DNA from: Nymphaea colorata
Taxonomy: Eukaryota
Length of the DNA: 64,000 nucleotides
Assembly: GCF_008831285.2 (NCBI RefSeq)
Contig: NC_045138.2
Location: 2,108,001 to 2,172,000, forward strand
Direction: 5' to 3'
Numbering within the stretch: position 1 is the first letter of the stretch; every line of letters starts with the position of its first letter. The notes under the pieces are model-generated. The model was not told where the DNA came from. It saw only the letters and a list, made by a program, of their open reading frames with translations, and did no database searches. Shown one piece after another: positions 39,101-57,742 of the stretch. The position numbers were made by a program, and so were the translations under genes.

Positions 39101-42100
39101 AGGGGTTAAACCTGCACTACAAGCTGAAACAACCCACGCAGGTAAATGGGTTAAATCTGCACTACAAGCCAACGCTGCCCACACAGGTAAGGGGTAGAAC
39201 CTGCAAGCCAACGCAATGCACACATGTAAGGAGTTAAAATTATGATGCAAGTCGAGGCAACCCACTCAGGGGGGTTAAACCTGAATCTGATATCAGCAAA
39301 CCTATGTAGGCAAGGGGTTAAACATACAACATTAGCTCAAACAACCCACTCAGGTAAGGGGTTAAGCTTGAAACATTTCTCCCAACATGTTTTGTTTGAA
39401 AAATTTGTGGTGCTTATCTTTTTCACTAAACACAGTTAACACCGACTTAGTAACAAAGAGGGTCATTTGTAATCACCCCAAATTTTTCTAAAAGATTGCG
39501 TTATTTTACCCAAGCGCAAAACCCAAATTTAGACGCAAGATTCAAATCTAAGATCCAACTTTCAGATCCAAATTAGATCCAAAGCTAAATTTAGATATGA
39601 ATCGAGCATTTCAAACACAAAATCCAAAATCAAGTTCAAAACGACAAAGTCTGGTGCGATACGCATCGCGCGCGCGTGCACAGACCTCCCCCCATTTGAT
39701 GCTTCGTCCTCGCACCAAAAGATGTTTTGGAACTTGAAACGAAGCCGACCACTCTTTTATAACAAAAAAAAATCAGTTTTCTACATATTTTAAATAAATA
39801 AAAAAAGGGTTTTATGGTATTTTATCTCATTCATTTTAATTTCATTTTATTTAAAGTTTTTTTAAAAAAATCTAAGAGCCCACGCAACATGCAGTCGAGC
39901 AACAGTGCAGGCCCCCCTTTGTTTCCTCGCAAAAACAGCCCCTTGGGGGGCGGTTTTGGCTTCTTTGGGTGGGAAATAGTCCTGCCCACACCTCAAAAGG
40001 GTGTTTGCAGGGCTAATGGCCCATCCCCCTTTAGTCAAAACCTATTTTTCTAAAAAATTAAAAAATAATTCAAAATATTTTAAATTCGAACGAAAATATG
40101 GTGAAATTAAAAAAAATTCAAATTTTGGGTATTGGCTCCAAAATCCTCTATAAATACCCCTCATTCCCCCCCCCCTGTTGGGTAAGAGTGGCCTTTGGGA
40201 GAAACCCTTGAGTATTCTCACTTGAAGACTTGGGTCGGGTTGTTGTATGAGCTCTCTCTCTCTCCCTCTTCCTCTTTCCATTTCTCCTCTTCCTGTCCAA
40301 CTTGGAGCAAGTTACAACTCTCTTAGAGACATCATCTTCATTATCTTGGAGATTCTTTCAATGTAAGTCCACGATCATTTCAAGCATCGTTTCTTTCTTC
40401 ATTTTTCTCTTATCTTCATCTCCCCATGGCCGAAAGAGATAGTACTCAACCTCTTTTTTGAGATAAAAGGCTACGCTCAAGTGCACCGGGAGCATGAGAA
40501 GATGAGATGGTCTTTCATTTCCATGCTTGAGTCATGTTATTTCATTTCTTGAAAATAGTCTTGCCTTGTTTCCCCTTTTTCTCTCTTCTTCATTTTCCAA
40601 TGGCTAAAGAAGATAGCTCTCAATCTCTATTTTAGAGTCAAGAGGCTATGCTCAAATGCACCGAGAGCATAAGAAAATGAGATGATATTTCTTTTCATAG
40701 TTGAATCATGCTACCTCTCTTTCTTTGAATATTGTTTTGTTTCAAGTTATTTGAATTTTTCTATCCATACGTGAATGTATGGCGAGAATGAGAGTATGGT
40801 TTGGAAATTTTTAACTTTATATTAATTTTTGAGGTTGGGACTTGTCCAACCCGGGAAAAACCCTCACGAAATATGTACATTTTAATATGCATTTGCCTGT
40901 CATTTTACTCGATAGTTTTCTTTTTAATCATCCGATTAAGAACCTTAATGAGCACCATATCGTGTGGTTTGAGCTTCTTCCGTACCCAACGGTGGAAGAA
41001 ACATATTCCCTTGCAACCAATGAAATAATAACATTCTATGTTTATATAAATCATATTTTCCAAAACATTTTCTATAGAAACCTTCTAATGCAGCCTTAGA
41101 GACTTATCAAACTTGAAGTCAATTGATTTCATTTCTTGATTTTTATTCTCATAAAGACATGTACGTATATACGTGTTGTATACGTATATGTGAACATGAA
41201 TACCTTTCTTTATTTTCTCTCTTTATTATTGAACATATGTTCTTTATGATTGAACATGTGTTCGATATATGTGTGTTCCATTTTAAAATTTCTCGCTCCC
41301 TCTCTTTTTAAAATGATCTTCTCTTCTCTACTTGAACTAAATATCATTTTCGTAAGCTTTCATATATGTATATGAATACGTATCTCTTTCTTTGAAAATA
41401 TTTGATTTTATGATTTGCAAGATCTCTTTCTCTCTTTCTTTCTCTATATCTCTCTTGGGATGTAGTCTTTCATCTTTTCCATTCTTTCAATATCTTACTA
41501 TTATCTTCTAAGATTTTAATTTTTCATTTGCTGACTTCATCAAGACCACAAACCAAGTGATGACCCAATATTGGAATCATACTTGATGGTCTACAACCCC
41601 AATCTATTTTTAAATACTTTTCTTTCTTATATATATAATAATTATGAAAACAAAATTCTTAGATCTATGCTATGATTCTATATGAATGTTGTGATATGAA
41701 TGTTTCATTCTTTTTTAATCATATATTTTTCATTCTCTTTGAATCATATATGCTTCATTCTCTTTTAATCATATATGATTAATGCATTCACAATCACTTA
41801 ATATCATTTATGAGCATAATCACATCTCCAAAAGAACTTAAACAAGATGAGATGAAGCTCTAACTAGGTGGTAACCAAATTAGAGCAAAAATCTCAAACC
41901 TACTTAAAGTCTTAAGAGAACATTAAAATGACTTTAAATGATTTCTCAAGTTTTCTAAGTGATGTTTCTCAATTCTAGCTTTCTTCAAAATGTTTCACAT
42001 TTTCAAGTAATTTTTCAAGAATCTTTTCAAAAGTTTGAAACATCAAACTTTCAATATTTTTCTACACCGCATATAGAATGAAAAAGATGTTTAAGCCAAA

Positions 42101-42276
42101 ACGAAATGCATCAAAGATAAACATAGCCCTTGGATTGATTACTCCCGGTAAACGCACTGGGAACGGTTGATCCTCGTACCGACAGGCGAGTCCCTTTTTC
42201 TCTCATTTTCAAAATAAAATATCATTATTCTGAAGCACTCCAAAACCAAATACCAAAAATATTAGGGATGCAAACA
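36170..42276 (+). mobile_element. 3' part of Tat/Ogre-type LTR retrotransposon: non-coding 3' region, tandem repeats (~39040-39370), PPT, LTR 39468-42276
   Basis: PPT aaagagggtca then TGTAATCACCCC; LTR ends ggatgcaaaCA; same pre-LTR region as ~48590-48840; interrupts the array unit at ~36170 (5' boundary uncertain). Confidence 0.85.
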
Positions 42277-42914
42277 TATATATATCTAACTTGATATGTA
42301 ATATACAAGTTTGATTTTTATGTACGTACTAGCATATTTATAATCTCTCTCTCTCTCTCTCGCTCTCTCTCACACACACGCACACACAAACACATTTTAT
42401 ATCTGTAAAATGCTGTCTATTAATTGGCAACTTGCGACTTCCTAATGGCCTTGGCCATCATGAGCTACGTGAATTCCCAATGGTTTTGGCTGTTGGTGAT
42501 TTACAAGAATTCTTATGAGAATTCCCAAAATTCTTGTAGTGTAATTTTTGGCTTCCTGAAATTATTTGTCCAAGTTTGAGCCAACTTTTTACAAGCTGAA
42601 CCTACCCATCAGCAACTTGGCTGTGTTGCAGTCTTGAGGTTGTACATCAATGAACTCATTTACTGAACCATGTGAACATTTTTTTACCTTTAAAAGCACT
42701 GTGTTTAATATTATGTAATACTAATTTTCAGGTTAGTAGGAGGTGTATCTTATACTACCCATATTCCCTTAGGATACAAGGCCTCTTGTCAATATGTTGA
42801 AGTGATGTCTTACTTATACTTCTACTTTTATATTAGAAAAACCCCATTTTTTTAGCACAAAGAGGTGATGCCATGAAAGCTCGAAATAGAGACTTGCCAC
42901 TTATGAGCTTTCAC

Positions 42915-44110
42915 CTCATCCATTGTGCCAACCCCTTTAGAGATTCATGCAATACTTTTTTTTTTAATATACAACATATTTCTCTAAAGTTTCTAATGTT
43001 GTTCATGGATTAATGTATGGTAACCTTGCCAATCTGAAAGAGATATTTCAATCGGACCAGTATTTTTGTACTGCCCAACTCCTGATTGAGAAAGCAAAAG
43101 ATATTTCACTGAAATTGTCTGCTTCAATTGTGGTATATATCACTCAAAAGTAGGCAGTCAAATAAAAAATTTTGAAAATCGAACCGGAGTACATTCCAGT
43201 TGTTGTCCTAACAATTTGAGTGTCACACCCAATTCTTTACATGTAAGTAATGGATTACACTGTGTGAAAATTGAATGTCTATTGCATTTGGTAAGAAGAA
43301 ATGTTGATCTGATGTATCGTTTTATCAAATCCAGTTAAATGGATTCGGATTTAAGATCGAATATATATAATTTGGATTGTATCTGAATCACTGACATCCT
43401 CCCTCAGACCACCAAAACAGGCAAATGAAGGTTTCCATGGTAAGTACTTCTAAATATATCTCCAAGGGGTTTGGTTCAATCGGATCATGTAGAGGCTGGC
43501 AAGTGACCAGTCTCTATTTCCATGCTCCAAGGGCCAACTCCCTATGCTGCAAATGAAGGTCCACCAACACATAATTGAAGCATGACGGGGTGACATTCGG
43601 GGCACCAACACAGGCCTTATACTTTGGGGATGACAGGTTGGATGGAGGTTTCGACTTTCTTTAGTACGGTGAGTCAAACCCAAAAACTTATGGATCCATA
43701 TCCATAAAGAAGAAAATAGAGTAGTTTATGATATCAAATCCCAGAGTATGCATTAGGGGTTGAATCTATGGAGATCAATGTTATTTGAACCTGCCGGAAT
43801 TGAGTCCAGCCAGTGGCAAATTTCATGCACTTTGATTAATTTAATATTATTTTAAGTTTTTGCTTAATTCATGTCTTTTATTTGTTAGAAAAAAATTGAA
43901 TCCCTTAATTAATTGGCCGATTCTATTGAGAAACCCATTTTCACAGCCATAGATATTCATAAGGAAAGTTCAGACTTGACCTCTTTAAAATAAATGCCAC
44001 AGACACTCTTTTAGGGCAGTGGTACCTGATTCATGATCTGATCCAGTTCAGCCTTTATATTACAATCGATGCAATCGGATAACCGGGTAAAACCATTAAA
44101 TAGGAACCAA
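42915..44110 (+). repeat. Partial duplicate of the DEFL upstream/promoter region (unit 4), no ATG
   Basis: Homology to 53285-54150 and 30470-32130 (catgaaggtttccatggtaagtac, gcagtggtacc..ttcatgatctgatcca). Confidence 0.75.
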
Positions 44111-44879
44111 GTAGGGGCGGAGGAAAAGGGGTAGCTGGGGCCTGTGCCTCTCATATTTTAAAAATTTTAAAAAATTTCTATATACATCTAAAAAAGATTA
44201 GTTTGATATATATAAAAAATTTGAACATTCTTATTTCTGCTTATGATTCAAACTCTTTTCAGAAAAAAAAGATGGAATGATTTCAAAAATTGGTACAAAG
44301 AACAGAAATGAATCCTTTTTTTTACAAGGAAAAAGCTCGCTTTATGATTCATGTGGTTGGATCACAACAATTATGTCCATATAAACCTTCTTGAGGAGAA
44401 CTGGCCTTGTTCTCTTACCAAGCATGGATGTATCTATCAGAGATCTGGTCAAGTTCTTTCTTTTTCTTTTCTCCGTTTGAGAAAGAAATTTAAGGAAAGA
44501 AAGGCAGAGAAAATAACAAAGAAGAAGGGAGTTGAGCCACAGGGAGAAGGTGGAGAATGAAGGGGTTGGCTGTTGTGTCCCTCCTCCTTCCCTTCTGCTC
44601 TCTTCCTTCCTTTGTTTCTTCGTGTTTCTTTCCTAGTTTCTTTCTCAGAAGGAGAAAATGAAAAGTAGCAGGAAGAAGCAGGCCAAATCACTGGTAGATA
44701 AATCCATGCTTGGCAAGAGACCAAGGCGAGTTTTGGACATAATAGCGAGGGTCTTTGTAAAAACATAATTCCTTGTTTTTCTTTATACAAGTTGACCAAC
44801 CAGAAATTCCTTGCTAAGAGGCAGTGCCACATTAAATTTCAAATTTTAAGAGGCAGTGATATGTGAAAAAATGATAATT

Positions 44880-47800
44880 AATGATAGGTGAATCATCTGG
44901 GAGTGCCCATACTATTTCAAGTAATCGTGCAAGTTATTAAAATCATCCCTTATATGTTCATTTCATAATAAAACCCTAAGGGATTTCAGTTGCTTATCAA
45001 GGGTAGCTATCGTCCATTCCGTGGCCTCGAAAAGAATGAAGATGGCATCTTACAACTGATCATATCTCTTTTCAAATGAACACTAGGAGACTGAGATATC
45101 ATGAAGAAAATTGAAGATCTTGTGGGCTGATAGTGTTCACCTTTGTTTCAAATCTTCCCACGAATTTTGTAATCTTGAACTTCTTTTGAACTTTTTTTGT
45201 CTAGCCTCATGAGAGGGTCCCCTCTATGAACTAAGAACTTTGTTTTGATATGCAATGCAAAGTAATATTTTGTTATCAACTTTTAATTTTGTTCAACTTT
45301 TAATTTATCCTCCTCTTTACAGGATGTCAGAATTCAATGTCTCAGTTTCTTCTTTTTCTTCGAAAGTCCCCCCAAAAAGCATTTGTCAAACAAGCATTCA
45401 AAAACAGTAACATCCTTCATCCTTGGTTACTGATTCGATTGAAGAAATTAATATTGAAACTAATGAGGATCCTAAAATCCTTTAAATTGGTAGCAGTTTG
45501 TCAATAGACGAGAAGAAAAGATTGGTGGACTTTCTTATAAGTAACCAAGAAGCTTTGCTTGGACTTTTGAAGATATGCCAGGATTAGATCTCCAATTGGT
45601 CGAACATCATTTGCCCTTAAATCCAAATTGCAAGCTAGTTAAGCAAAAGTTGCGCAAGCTTCATCCTCGAGTAGAAGGGCCAGTAAATGAAGGATTAGAA
45701 GACCTACTAAGGGCAAAATTCATTTGTGCCATCAATTACCCCGAGTGGTTGGCTAATATCGCAGTTGTCTCCAAGAAAATTATTAAAGTCAGATTATGCA
45801 TCGACTTTCGAGACCTAAACAAAGCGACACCAAAAGATGACTATCCACTTCCAAACACCGATCTATTGGTTGATAGTACCCCAGGACATGCAATGTTCTC
45901 TTTTATGGATGGATATTCAGGCTATAACCAAATCAAATTAGCAGTCAATGATCAACCTAAGACCGCTTTTATTACACCATGGGGCATTTTCCGTTATACA
46001 GTGATGTCGTTTGGGTTGAAAAATGCTGGAGCAACTTATCAAAGAGCCACGGCCGCTATCTTCCATGATCAGATGCACAAAATCATGGATGCATATATTG
46101 ATGCCATATTGATTAAATCTAAAGCGAGAGAAGACTACATTGAAACTCTTGCCCAGGTATTTGAGAGGCTTTTACAGTACAGGCTTCGTTTGAATCCTCA
46201 AAAATGTGTATTTGGGGTTAAATCATGCAAACTCTTGGGTTTCATGTTCAGTAAAAGAGGGATCGAGATGGATTTCACCAAAGCTAAAGCAATCATCGAT
46301 ATGCCACCACCTACTAATATCAGGGAACTGCGAAGTTTGCAAGGGCCAATCCAGTCCATCAGACGATTCATTTCCAATATAGCCATGAGATGCGAACCAT
46401 TCAACCAGCTGCTGGGGAAAGGTGCCAAGTTTGAATGGGGTTTTGAATGCCAACAGTCATTTGAAAAGATCAAGAAATACCTTCTAAATCTGTCAATTCT
46501 AAAACCTCTCGTGTTGGGTAGACCATTGCTGCTTTACATCACAATAAATGAGTCAGCAGGTAGCGGCTTGTTGGCACAATATGGGGAAGGAAGTTGCATC
46601 GAGCATGCAATTTATTACATTAGCAAAACTGTTGTCCAATACGAGAAGAAATACTCTCCAATAGAGAAAACTTGTCTAGCATTGGTTTGGATGTGTCAAA
46701 AGTTGAGACATTATTTATTAGTTTGTGAGGTCAAGATACTCTTCAAGCTAAATCCTCTAAAGTACAACTTGGAACAATCATTCCTTAATGGGTTCATCGC
46801 CAAATGGCAAGTTTTGTTGATGCAATATGATCTTGAATATGTGTCTTAGAAGTCAATCAAAGCACAAACAATTGCAGACCAGTTAGCAGACTTTCCTCAA
46901 TACGAGGAAATCAGAATGAACAATGAGTTTTCAGATGAACGCGTATTAAGATTGGAAACAGTTTCGATATGAAATATGTACTTTAATGGATCCAGAAACG
47001 TGATGGGAGCAGGCATAGGTATCCTACTCATCTCTCCATAAGATGAAATAATCCCATATTCCTTGAAACTCGACTTTTCATGTACCTATAACATGGCGAA
47101 ATATGAAGCCCTCATTCAATGACTTCGTTCTTTATTAAGTTTTCAAGTGAAAATGGTGCATGCATTTGGTGACTCTCATCTTATTATAAACCAAGTGAAT
47201 GGAGAATAGCAAATCAAAGACGAAAAATTGGTACCATATCAAGAGATCGCTGCCTCCTTAATCCGTCAGTTTGAATAAGGACAATTGGCTCACGTAAAGA
47301 GAAAAGGTAACCCTATTGCAGATAGCCTCGCGAGCCTAGGATCCACTATCACCTTTCGAACCAATGAAGCAATCCGTTCTTTTGAGATTGGAAGATTGGA
47401 ATGCCCTGCTTTTGACACAACGACGCATGTCTATCATATGCAAGAGGGGAATACGCTTTGGTACCATGACATCAAAAGGTACATTGAAAGTGGAGAATTC
47501 CCAATCGGAATGTCCAAAAATGAGCAGAAAGCAATTCAGCATATGTCAGCAAGGTACTTTATTATTGGAGGAGTGCTATAAAGACATGGATTTAGTACTG
47601 AATACTCTCGGTGCCTTGATGAAGACGAAACAAAGGAAGTCATCAAAGAGTCACATCGAGGAGACTGTGGAGGCCATGTTGGTTACCAAACCCTCACCAA
47701 ATAGATAATTCGGAAGGGATATTACTGGCATACCATGCAAAAAGATTGTCACCAATTCATCAAAAGATGCAAAGCATGTCAACCACATGCTCCAGTGATC

Positions 47801-48410
47801 CATGCCCCAGCCTCTCATTTGCATTCTGTGACATCTCCTTGGCCATTTTCAATGTGGGCATTTGACGTGGTCAGACCAATATCCCCTGCAGCTTCTAATG
47901 GCTATAAGTATTTTCTTGCTGCAACGGACTATTTTATCAAGTGGGTAGAAGTCGTTACACTAAGAACAGTAGAAGAGCGTCATGTAGTGTCCTTCCTTCA
48001 CAAAAATTTTCTTTGCAGATTTGGAGTTCCTCATGATATAGTATCTGACAATGGGACTCATTTCAAAAATGAAAAGATGAGGTAGCTGTACAGCAAATAC
48101 CATATCATGCACCATTTTTCGACTCCTTATTACCCCCAAGGTAATGGACAAGCAGAGGCAACTAATAAGATCTTGATCCGCATCTTAGAACGGACAGTAG
48201 AAACAGGAAGAGATGACATGAAAAGATGCATAACGCTCTCTGGGCATATCGCTCTACTATGAGAACTCCAACAAATGCCACTCCAGCAGAGCTAGTCTAT
48301 TGAACGGAAGTGGTCCTGCCATTACATGTGTTGAAACCCTCTTTGAAGTTCGCCTCTCTTATAGAGCTTCCTCTAAATCAATATCAGCAGAAAAGACTAA
48401 TGCAGCTCCT
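44880..48410 (+). mobile_element. Ty3/gypsy Tat/Ogre-type pol remnant: G-patch-like, RT, RNase H, extra archaeal-type RNase H, integrase
   Basis: ORF 45575..46849 (RLCIDFRDLNKA, MDGYSGYNQI, FGLKNAGATYQR, YIDA); aRH MYFNGS..GAGIG..YEAL..GDS; integrase H..H..C..C, WPFSMWAFD, SDNGTHF; several stops. Confidence 0.95.
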
Positions 48411-48840
48411 GTTAATGGCCTTCACCTCAAGAAATTTTATGCCTAGTCCTTTTGTATTCACTTTTCAATCAATGACAAATATTTATGTTTTCCCATCCAA
48501 TCTACCATTCAACCCGGATTCTTCCCAGTTGTAAAACATGATAATTACACTGAGGCTTTTTTTTTTTATCAATCAAGGTTTGAAGGGCACCCATGTAGGT
48601 AGGGGTCAAACCTGCAATGCACGCCAAAACAACCCATTTCAGGAGGGCTAAACCTGAATTCAATATTGGCAAACCCACGCAAGCAAGGGGTTAAACCTGT
48701 AATATAAGCTCAAACGATCCATTCAGGTAAGATGTTAAGCCTGAAACATCTCTCTAAAAATGTCTTGATTGAAAAATTTGTGATGCTTATCTTTGTCACT
48801 AAGCACGGCTAGCACTGGCTTAGTAACAAAGAGGGGCATC

Positions 48841-52941
<4,101 letters not shown>

Positions 52942-53284
52942 GCTTGATTCATTGACGTTTGTTTCTAAAATATTAAAAAATGAAATATTAAGAGTTTTAA
53001 ATAAGAGTAGACATTCAACTGGGTACCTGATAGGTATGAAGTTGATGGTCGTGCCAGACCTGATAATTAAGCAGGCTAGGCTTGGGCTGCCGCCAAGTGC
53101 ATTGAGCCAGCCTGAATGCGACTTTGTCAAGCCTTGGGCTGGTCGGACCCAGAGCGATGCTCCTACTATACTTCAACTTGAATATTGAAGCCCACCCACC
53201 CTCTACCCTTTCTTCCTTCCTTTCTTTTGTAGTATAGGGAGTTCATTCTATAGAGAGGCTAGCCGCCTACTGGCCCCGATGCAG

Positions 53285-54542
53285 TTCATTGTGCCAATCC
53301 CTTAAGGATTCATGCAATACTAATTATTTTTTCAAAATAATGCAAAATTTTTGGGATCATTAATGTATGTTAATCTTGACAATTTGAAGAAGACAGTTCA
53401 ATGTAACCAGTACTTTTGTTGGACCATGCTTAACTCCAAAATAAAAAAAATATTTCACTGTAATTTTCTGCTTCAATTATGGTGTATATCACGCGCAGGT
53501 AGGCAGTCAAGTAAATAGTTTGAATTCAGCAGGAATGCATTCATTTTCTGTTCTAAAAATTTAGGTCCCATACCCAAATCTTTACATGGATTCAATGGAT
53601 TTCGATGTCTGTGGCAATTGGATATGTATCGCATTTGGCAAGAAAAAATGTTGATCTGATGTATCTTTTTATTGATTCCAGCTAATTGATTTCGGATTCA
53701 AAATCCAATTATGTAAAATTGGATTGTATCTGAATCACTGACATCCTACCTCAGGACACCAAAACTGGTACATGAAGGTTTCCATGGTAAGTACCATGAA
53801 AAAATTGCACTAGTGAATCCATTTAGAGGAAAATAGACTAGTTTATGCATTAGGGATGGATTCTTTGGAAATCAATGTTATTTGGACCTGCCTGAATCAG
53901 GCCCATTTGAGACGAATCTGTGGCAATTTTATTTGTTCGATTCAATGACTGATTCTCCCTTACTATGTTTTGATTATTTTATATCTTTTTGGATTAAATT
54001 TCAATCTTTTATTTAAAAAAAACAAGATTTGAATAACTTAATTGGCCGATTCTATTCAAGGCAGTGGTACCCCATTCATGATCTGATCCAATTCAGCCGC
54101 TATATTAAAATAGGTCCATTCAGATAATTGTGTCGGACCAATATATATGATCCAAATACCATATATATAAGAACACAGTCCATTTGTGCGCAAATATTCA
54201 TACCGCAATGTGGATGTGGTCCATATACTGGATCTCAGATGGCTGCTCCGACCCAATCATGACAGCCTTTATTTTGAAATTTAATGAAAATTAAGAAAAA
54301 ATATAGTAGCAGAAACCAAGATAGGTGTGAATTTAATTAAATATAATTTGTTTCTAAAAAAACATAGCTTATACATGGAAGTAAATAGAAGAAAAAAATT
54401 CTCCAAATAAGACAAATAGCAGCACTGAGGTATTGGAAACCACAGTGAATTGGAAAGATCTGCTGAGAAAGAAATGAAGAAGACGATGGCGAGGAAGGTG
54501 GTCGCCCTTTTAGTGTACTTCTTTCCGATTTTAAGCAATTAA
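53285..54542 (+). pseudogene. Duplicated DEFL upstream region, promoter and dead exon 1 (MARKVVALLVYFFPILSN*), unit 5
   Basis: ATG 54486; aligns to MAKKVMVIALFAYFLLIS but donor cag|gcaagt has become taagcaatt and reads into a stop. Confidence 0.85.
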
Positions 54543-54794
54543 GTTCTTCTAATAAGTCTTCCATAGAGCAGGTTTGAATATGAATAACAAAAGGCGGTAG
54601 CCACCCCAACCTTTTTGTCACCATCATCTTTCATTCAGTTGCGCCAAGGCGGGAATCTGACCACCTCTTTTAGAGAAAAGGCAAAACACAATCTGTGTGT
54701 GGATAGGTAAACAGCTGATTCACAGCCTACAAACCAGGCAAATCGCTTCCTGCACTCTGCCATTGCAAATATTTATGCCCTCCATGTAAAGAGA

Positions 54795-56172
54795 GAGAGC
54801 GAGAGAGAGATAAAAAGGGGGAAAAAACAAAGAAGCCCTAATCTCACACATTAATCATCCCCTAAATCAAGAAAACACGAAAATTGCAGAACAAGTAGAA
54901 ATATCGCCCACGCTACCGTAAAAAAGAAAATGAAAACAGCTGAAAAAGAAAAAAGGAGAATACACTCACCAGCAGAGAAACATTTATTCCAGACTATGGA
55001 ATCCCTAATTTTCCAAGCCCAAATTCAGAACAGAAAAAAATAAGAACGACAAAGAAGTTTTGCTATATGAAAACACAAGGAAAATGGGGGAGAAAATAAG
55101 GCAGGGAAGAAAACCAAGCCAAAAAAGAGAGAAGAAACGCACCTTTCCCCATTCCTCCCTTCTCCTCCTTCCCCTTTCTTCCCTACCTTCACCTCCTAAA
55201 GGTAATCTCTGTGCTTGTTGAGAAAATGAGACCAAACACATGAAAAAACGAAGCCAAAGATCATGATCTTGAGAGATGCGAAGCGGAAAATCCCAGAGGC
55301 GGCCATCCAGAAATCGCGATCGGAGAAAAGACGCAATGGTTTACGTGAGTTTTATACGCCGATAAATGTTGGCCAACGCCAGCCAAGAGGAAAGTGAGGG
55401 GTGAAAGGCCGCAAACGACCGCTAACCAAACCAACACATCAAACAATAAAAAGAAAAAGGAAAGGAAGATTTTTAACTCGATCGGGAAAGCAGGCTTCGA
55501 TTCACGAGTTAAAAATCTTCCTTCCCTTTTTCTTTTTTACTGTTTGACGTGTTGCTTTGGTTAGCGGTTGTTTGCAGCCTTTCGCCCCTCACTTTCCTCT
55601 TGGCTGGCTTCGGCCACCATTTATGGGCGTATAAAACTCGCGTAAACTGTTGCGTCTTTTCTCTGATCGTGATCTCTGGATGGCCGCCTCTGGGATTTTC
55701 CGCTTCGCATCTCTCAAGATCATGATCTTTTGCTTCGTTTTTTCGTGTTTTTGGTCTCATTTTCTCAACAAGCACAGAGATTACCTTTAGGAGGTGAAGG
55801 TAGGGAAGAAAGGGGAAGGAGGAGAAGGGAGGAATGGGGAAAGGTGCGTTTCTTCTCTCTTTTTTGGTTTGGTTTTCTTCCCTGCTTTATTTTCTCCCCC
55901 CTTTTCCTTGTGTTTTCATATAACAAAAGTTCTTTGTCTTTCTTATTTTTTTCTGTTCTGAATTTGGGCTTGGAACATTAGGGATTCCATAGTCTGGAAT
56001 AAATGTTTCTCTGCTGATGAGTGTATTCTCCTTTTTTCATTTTCTTTTTTACGGTAGCGTGGGCGATATTTCTACTTGTTCTGCGATTTTCGTGTTTTCT
56101 TGATTTACTGGATGATTAATGTGTGAGATTAGGGCTTCTTTGTTTTTTCCCCTTCCTATCTCTCTCCCGCTC
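54795..56172. repeat. ~1.38-kb high-identity inverted repeat (hairpin I); loop 55481-55504
   Basis: Mirror ORFs 55005..55241(-)/55730..55981(+); ggaagatttttaactcg/cgagttaaaaatcttcc. Confidence 0.95.
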
Positions 56173-56726
56173 CCTCAAAGGATAAACATTCTCAGGATGC
56201 AAATGGTCATAAATTTCTCCATTCAATTCATTTCATCTTTTTCTGACATTTCCTCCTGTAATACGTGGGCAATGTATTTAAACAAAAAAAGCTTAGTATT
56301 GTTTGTGTTGCATGATATACTATCAAAACCACTTGGTAAGCCTTTTTTATGAAATATTTTTTCTTTAATGGTATGAACTCTTTATGTTGTAAAAAAGCAG
56401 ATACAAATGTATAAGTTAAAGCATAATAAGGGTATCACCCACAGGTGCCTTTTGCAAAACTAGCTGGACCATAGGCGCATGGGGGCATACATTAGCCTTC
56501 ACTTTGGTGATGGGAATAGCCTCCCGTTCTCCCCGTAGGTGCCTTTTGCAAATAAATCAAGAAACTAAATACTGCATGTAATCAATATTGTTAGACGGCA
56601 TTGCTACCGATATTAATAAGAAACCAGAACTAAAATAGCTTGATTCATGAGGTGACACCACCCTTGTAGTGCATGACCGAGTTCTTAGGCTCTAGTCTGG
56701 AACAGAGCCGCCCATACTGAGTAGTC

Positions 56727-57317
56727 TGTGTATGTTGAGGGAGGTGGAGGCCTTTTGGGTACTTACTGTCCAGCTGGAGCAAACTCTTCACTTATTCATC
56801 TACTGGGTAGGAAACTACCATAATTTCTTCCATTGTAGAGGTAGAGGGAGGAGCAGAGACAAACAAACACATCTTTGTCTTGTCAATCTACCATCTAAAG
56901 TGAGCAAATTCTTCACTTATCAGAGCAACAGAAAGACCAGTTTGATAATGCGGTCAACAGATGCAAATGCTATCAAATTACAACAACCACCAACATGGTG
57001 GTTGTTGTAATTTCATAACATTTGCTTCTCTTGACCGCACTGTAGAGCTCATCTTTTGGTTCTTTTGAGTTGTTCCTCTATGCAATTAACTAAACGTCAG
57101 CCCATGCCCGCCCCCCCCTCTTTCCTGTTGGATAGGTGAAGGAAAAATTTTCTCTCTAGATGATAGTAGATTGGCAAGACAGGGCCTCTCCTATATGGTA
57201 GAAGAAATTATGGCTCTTAATTTCCTATGTGGTAGGAAGATAAGTGAAGAGTTTTCTCCCGCTGGGCAGTAAAATAGGCACCAGACCTCTGCCCTCTCTC
57301 CCTCTCACTACATACAG
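56727..57317. repeat. Inverted repeat (hairpin F')
   Basis: Centre ttacaacaaccaccaacatggtggttgttgtaa; aactcttcacttat/ataagtgaagagtt. Confidence 0.85.
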
Positions 57318-57742
57318 AGGGGTGGAACCAGAAATTTCCTCCTGTAGTATGTGGGCAATCGTCTGCCTTCATTTTTCCTATCTTCGTAATGAGTCCAAAA
57401 AAATGACTTCAGTGCTTGCATTGCTTCATAGACTATGAAAACTACTTGGTATGTTTTTAATGAAAACTTTCTTTTAGTGATGCCAATTATCTGTGCTGTC
57501 AAAAAGAAACATTGACATACAGGTTGAAGCATAGCATAACTATTACCTCGGGACACCAAAAGCAGCTGGACCCCGGGGGATGGCTGAAGACTTCAACCTT
57601 CACAAGGAAGGACGGAATAGCTTCTTGCTCACCCAATGGGTGCCCTTTGAGAATAAATCAATGTTAGTCTACTTTGCTAGAACCCAAAAGAACCTCTACC
57701 AATAATAAGAAACAAATGGAACCAAGCAAAATGGTGGAAGGT

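Noticed and set aside
39040..39370. ~40-bp repeats as a CRISPR-like array
   Set aside because: Degenerate tandem repeats without unique spacers in the retrotransposon 3' region; eukaryotic context
45255..45325. Short intron-like stretch ending tttacag before RT (Ogre-type PR/RT intron)
   Set aside because: Donor ambiguous and element decayed; a known feature of the lineage if real
45575..46849. 424-aa ORF as a functional gene
   Set aside because: Gypsy RT-RNase H with catalytic YxDD altered to YIDA and stops on both sides
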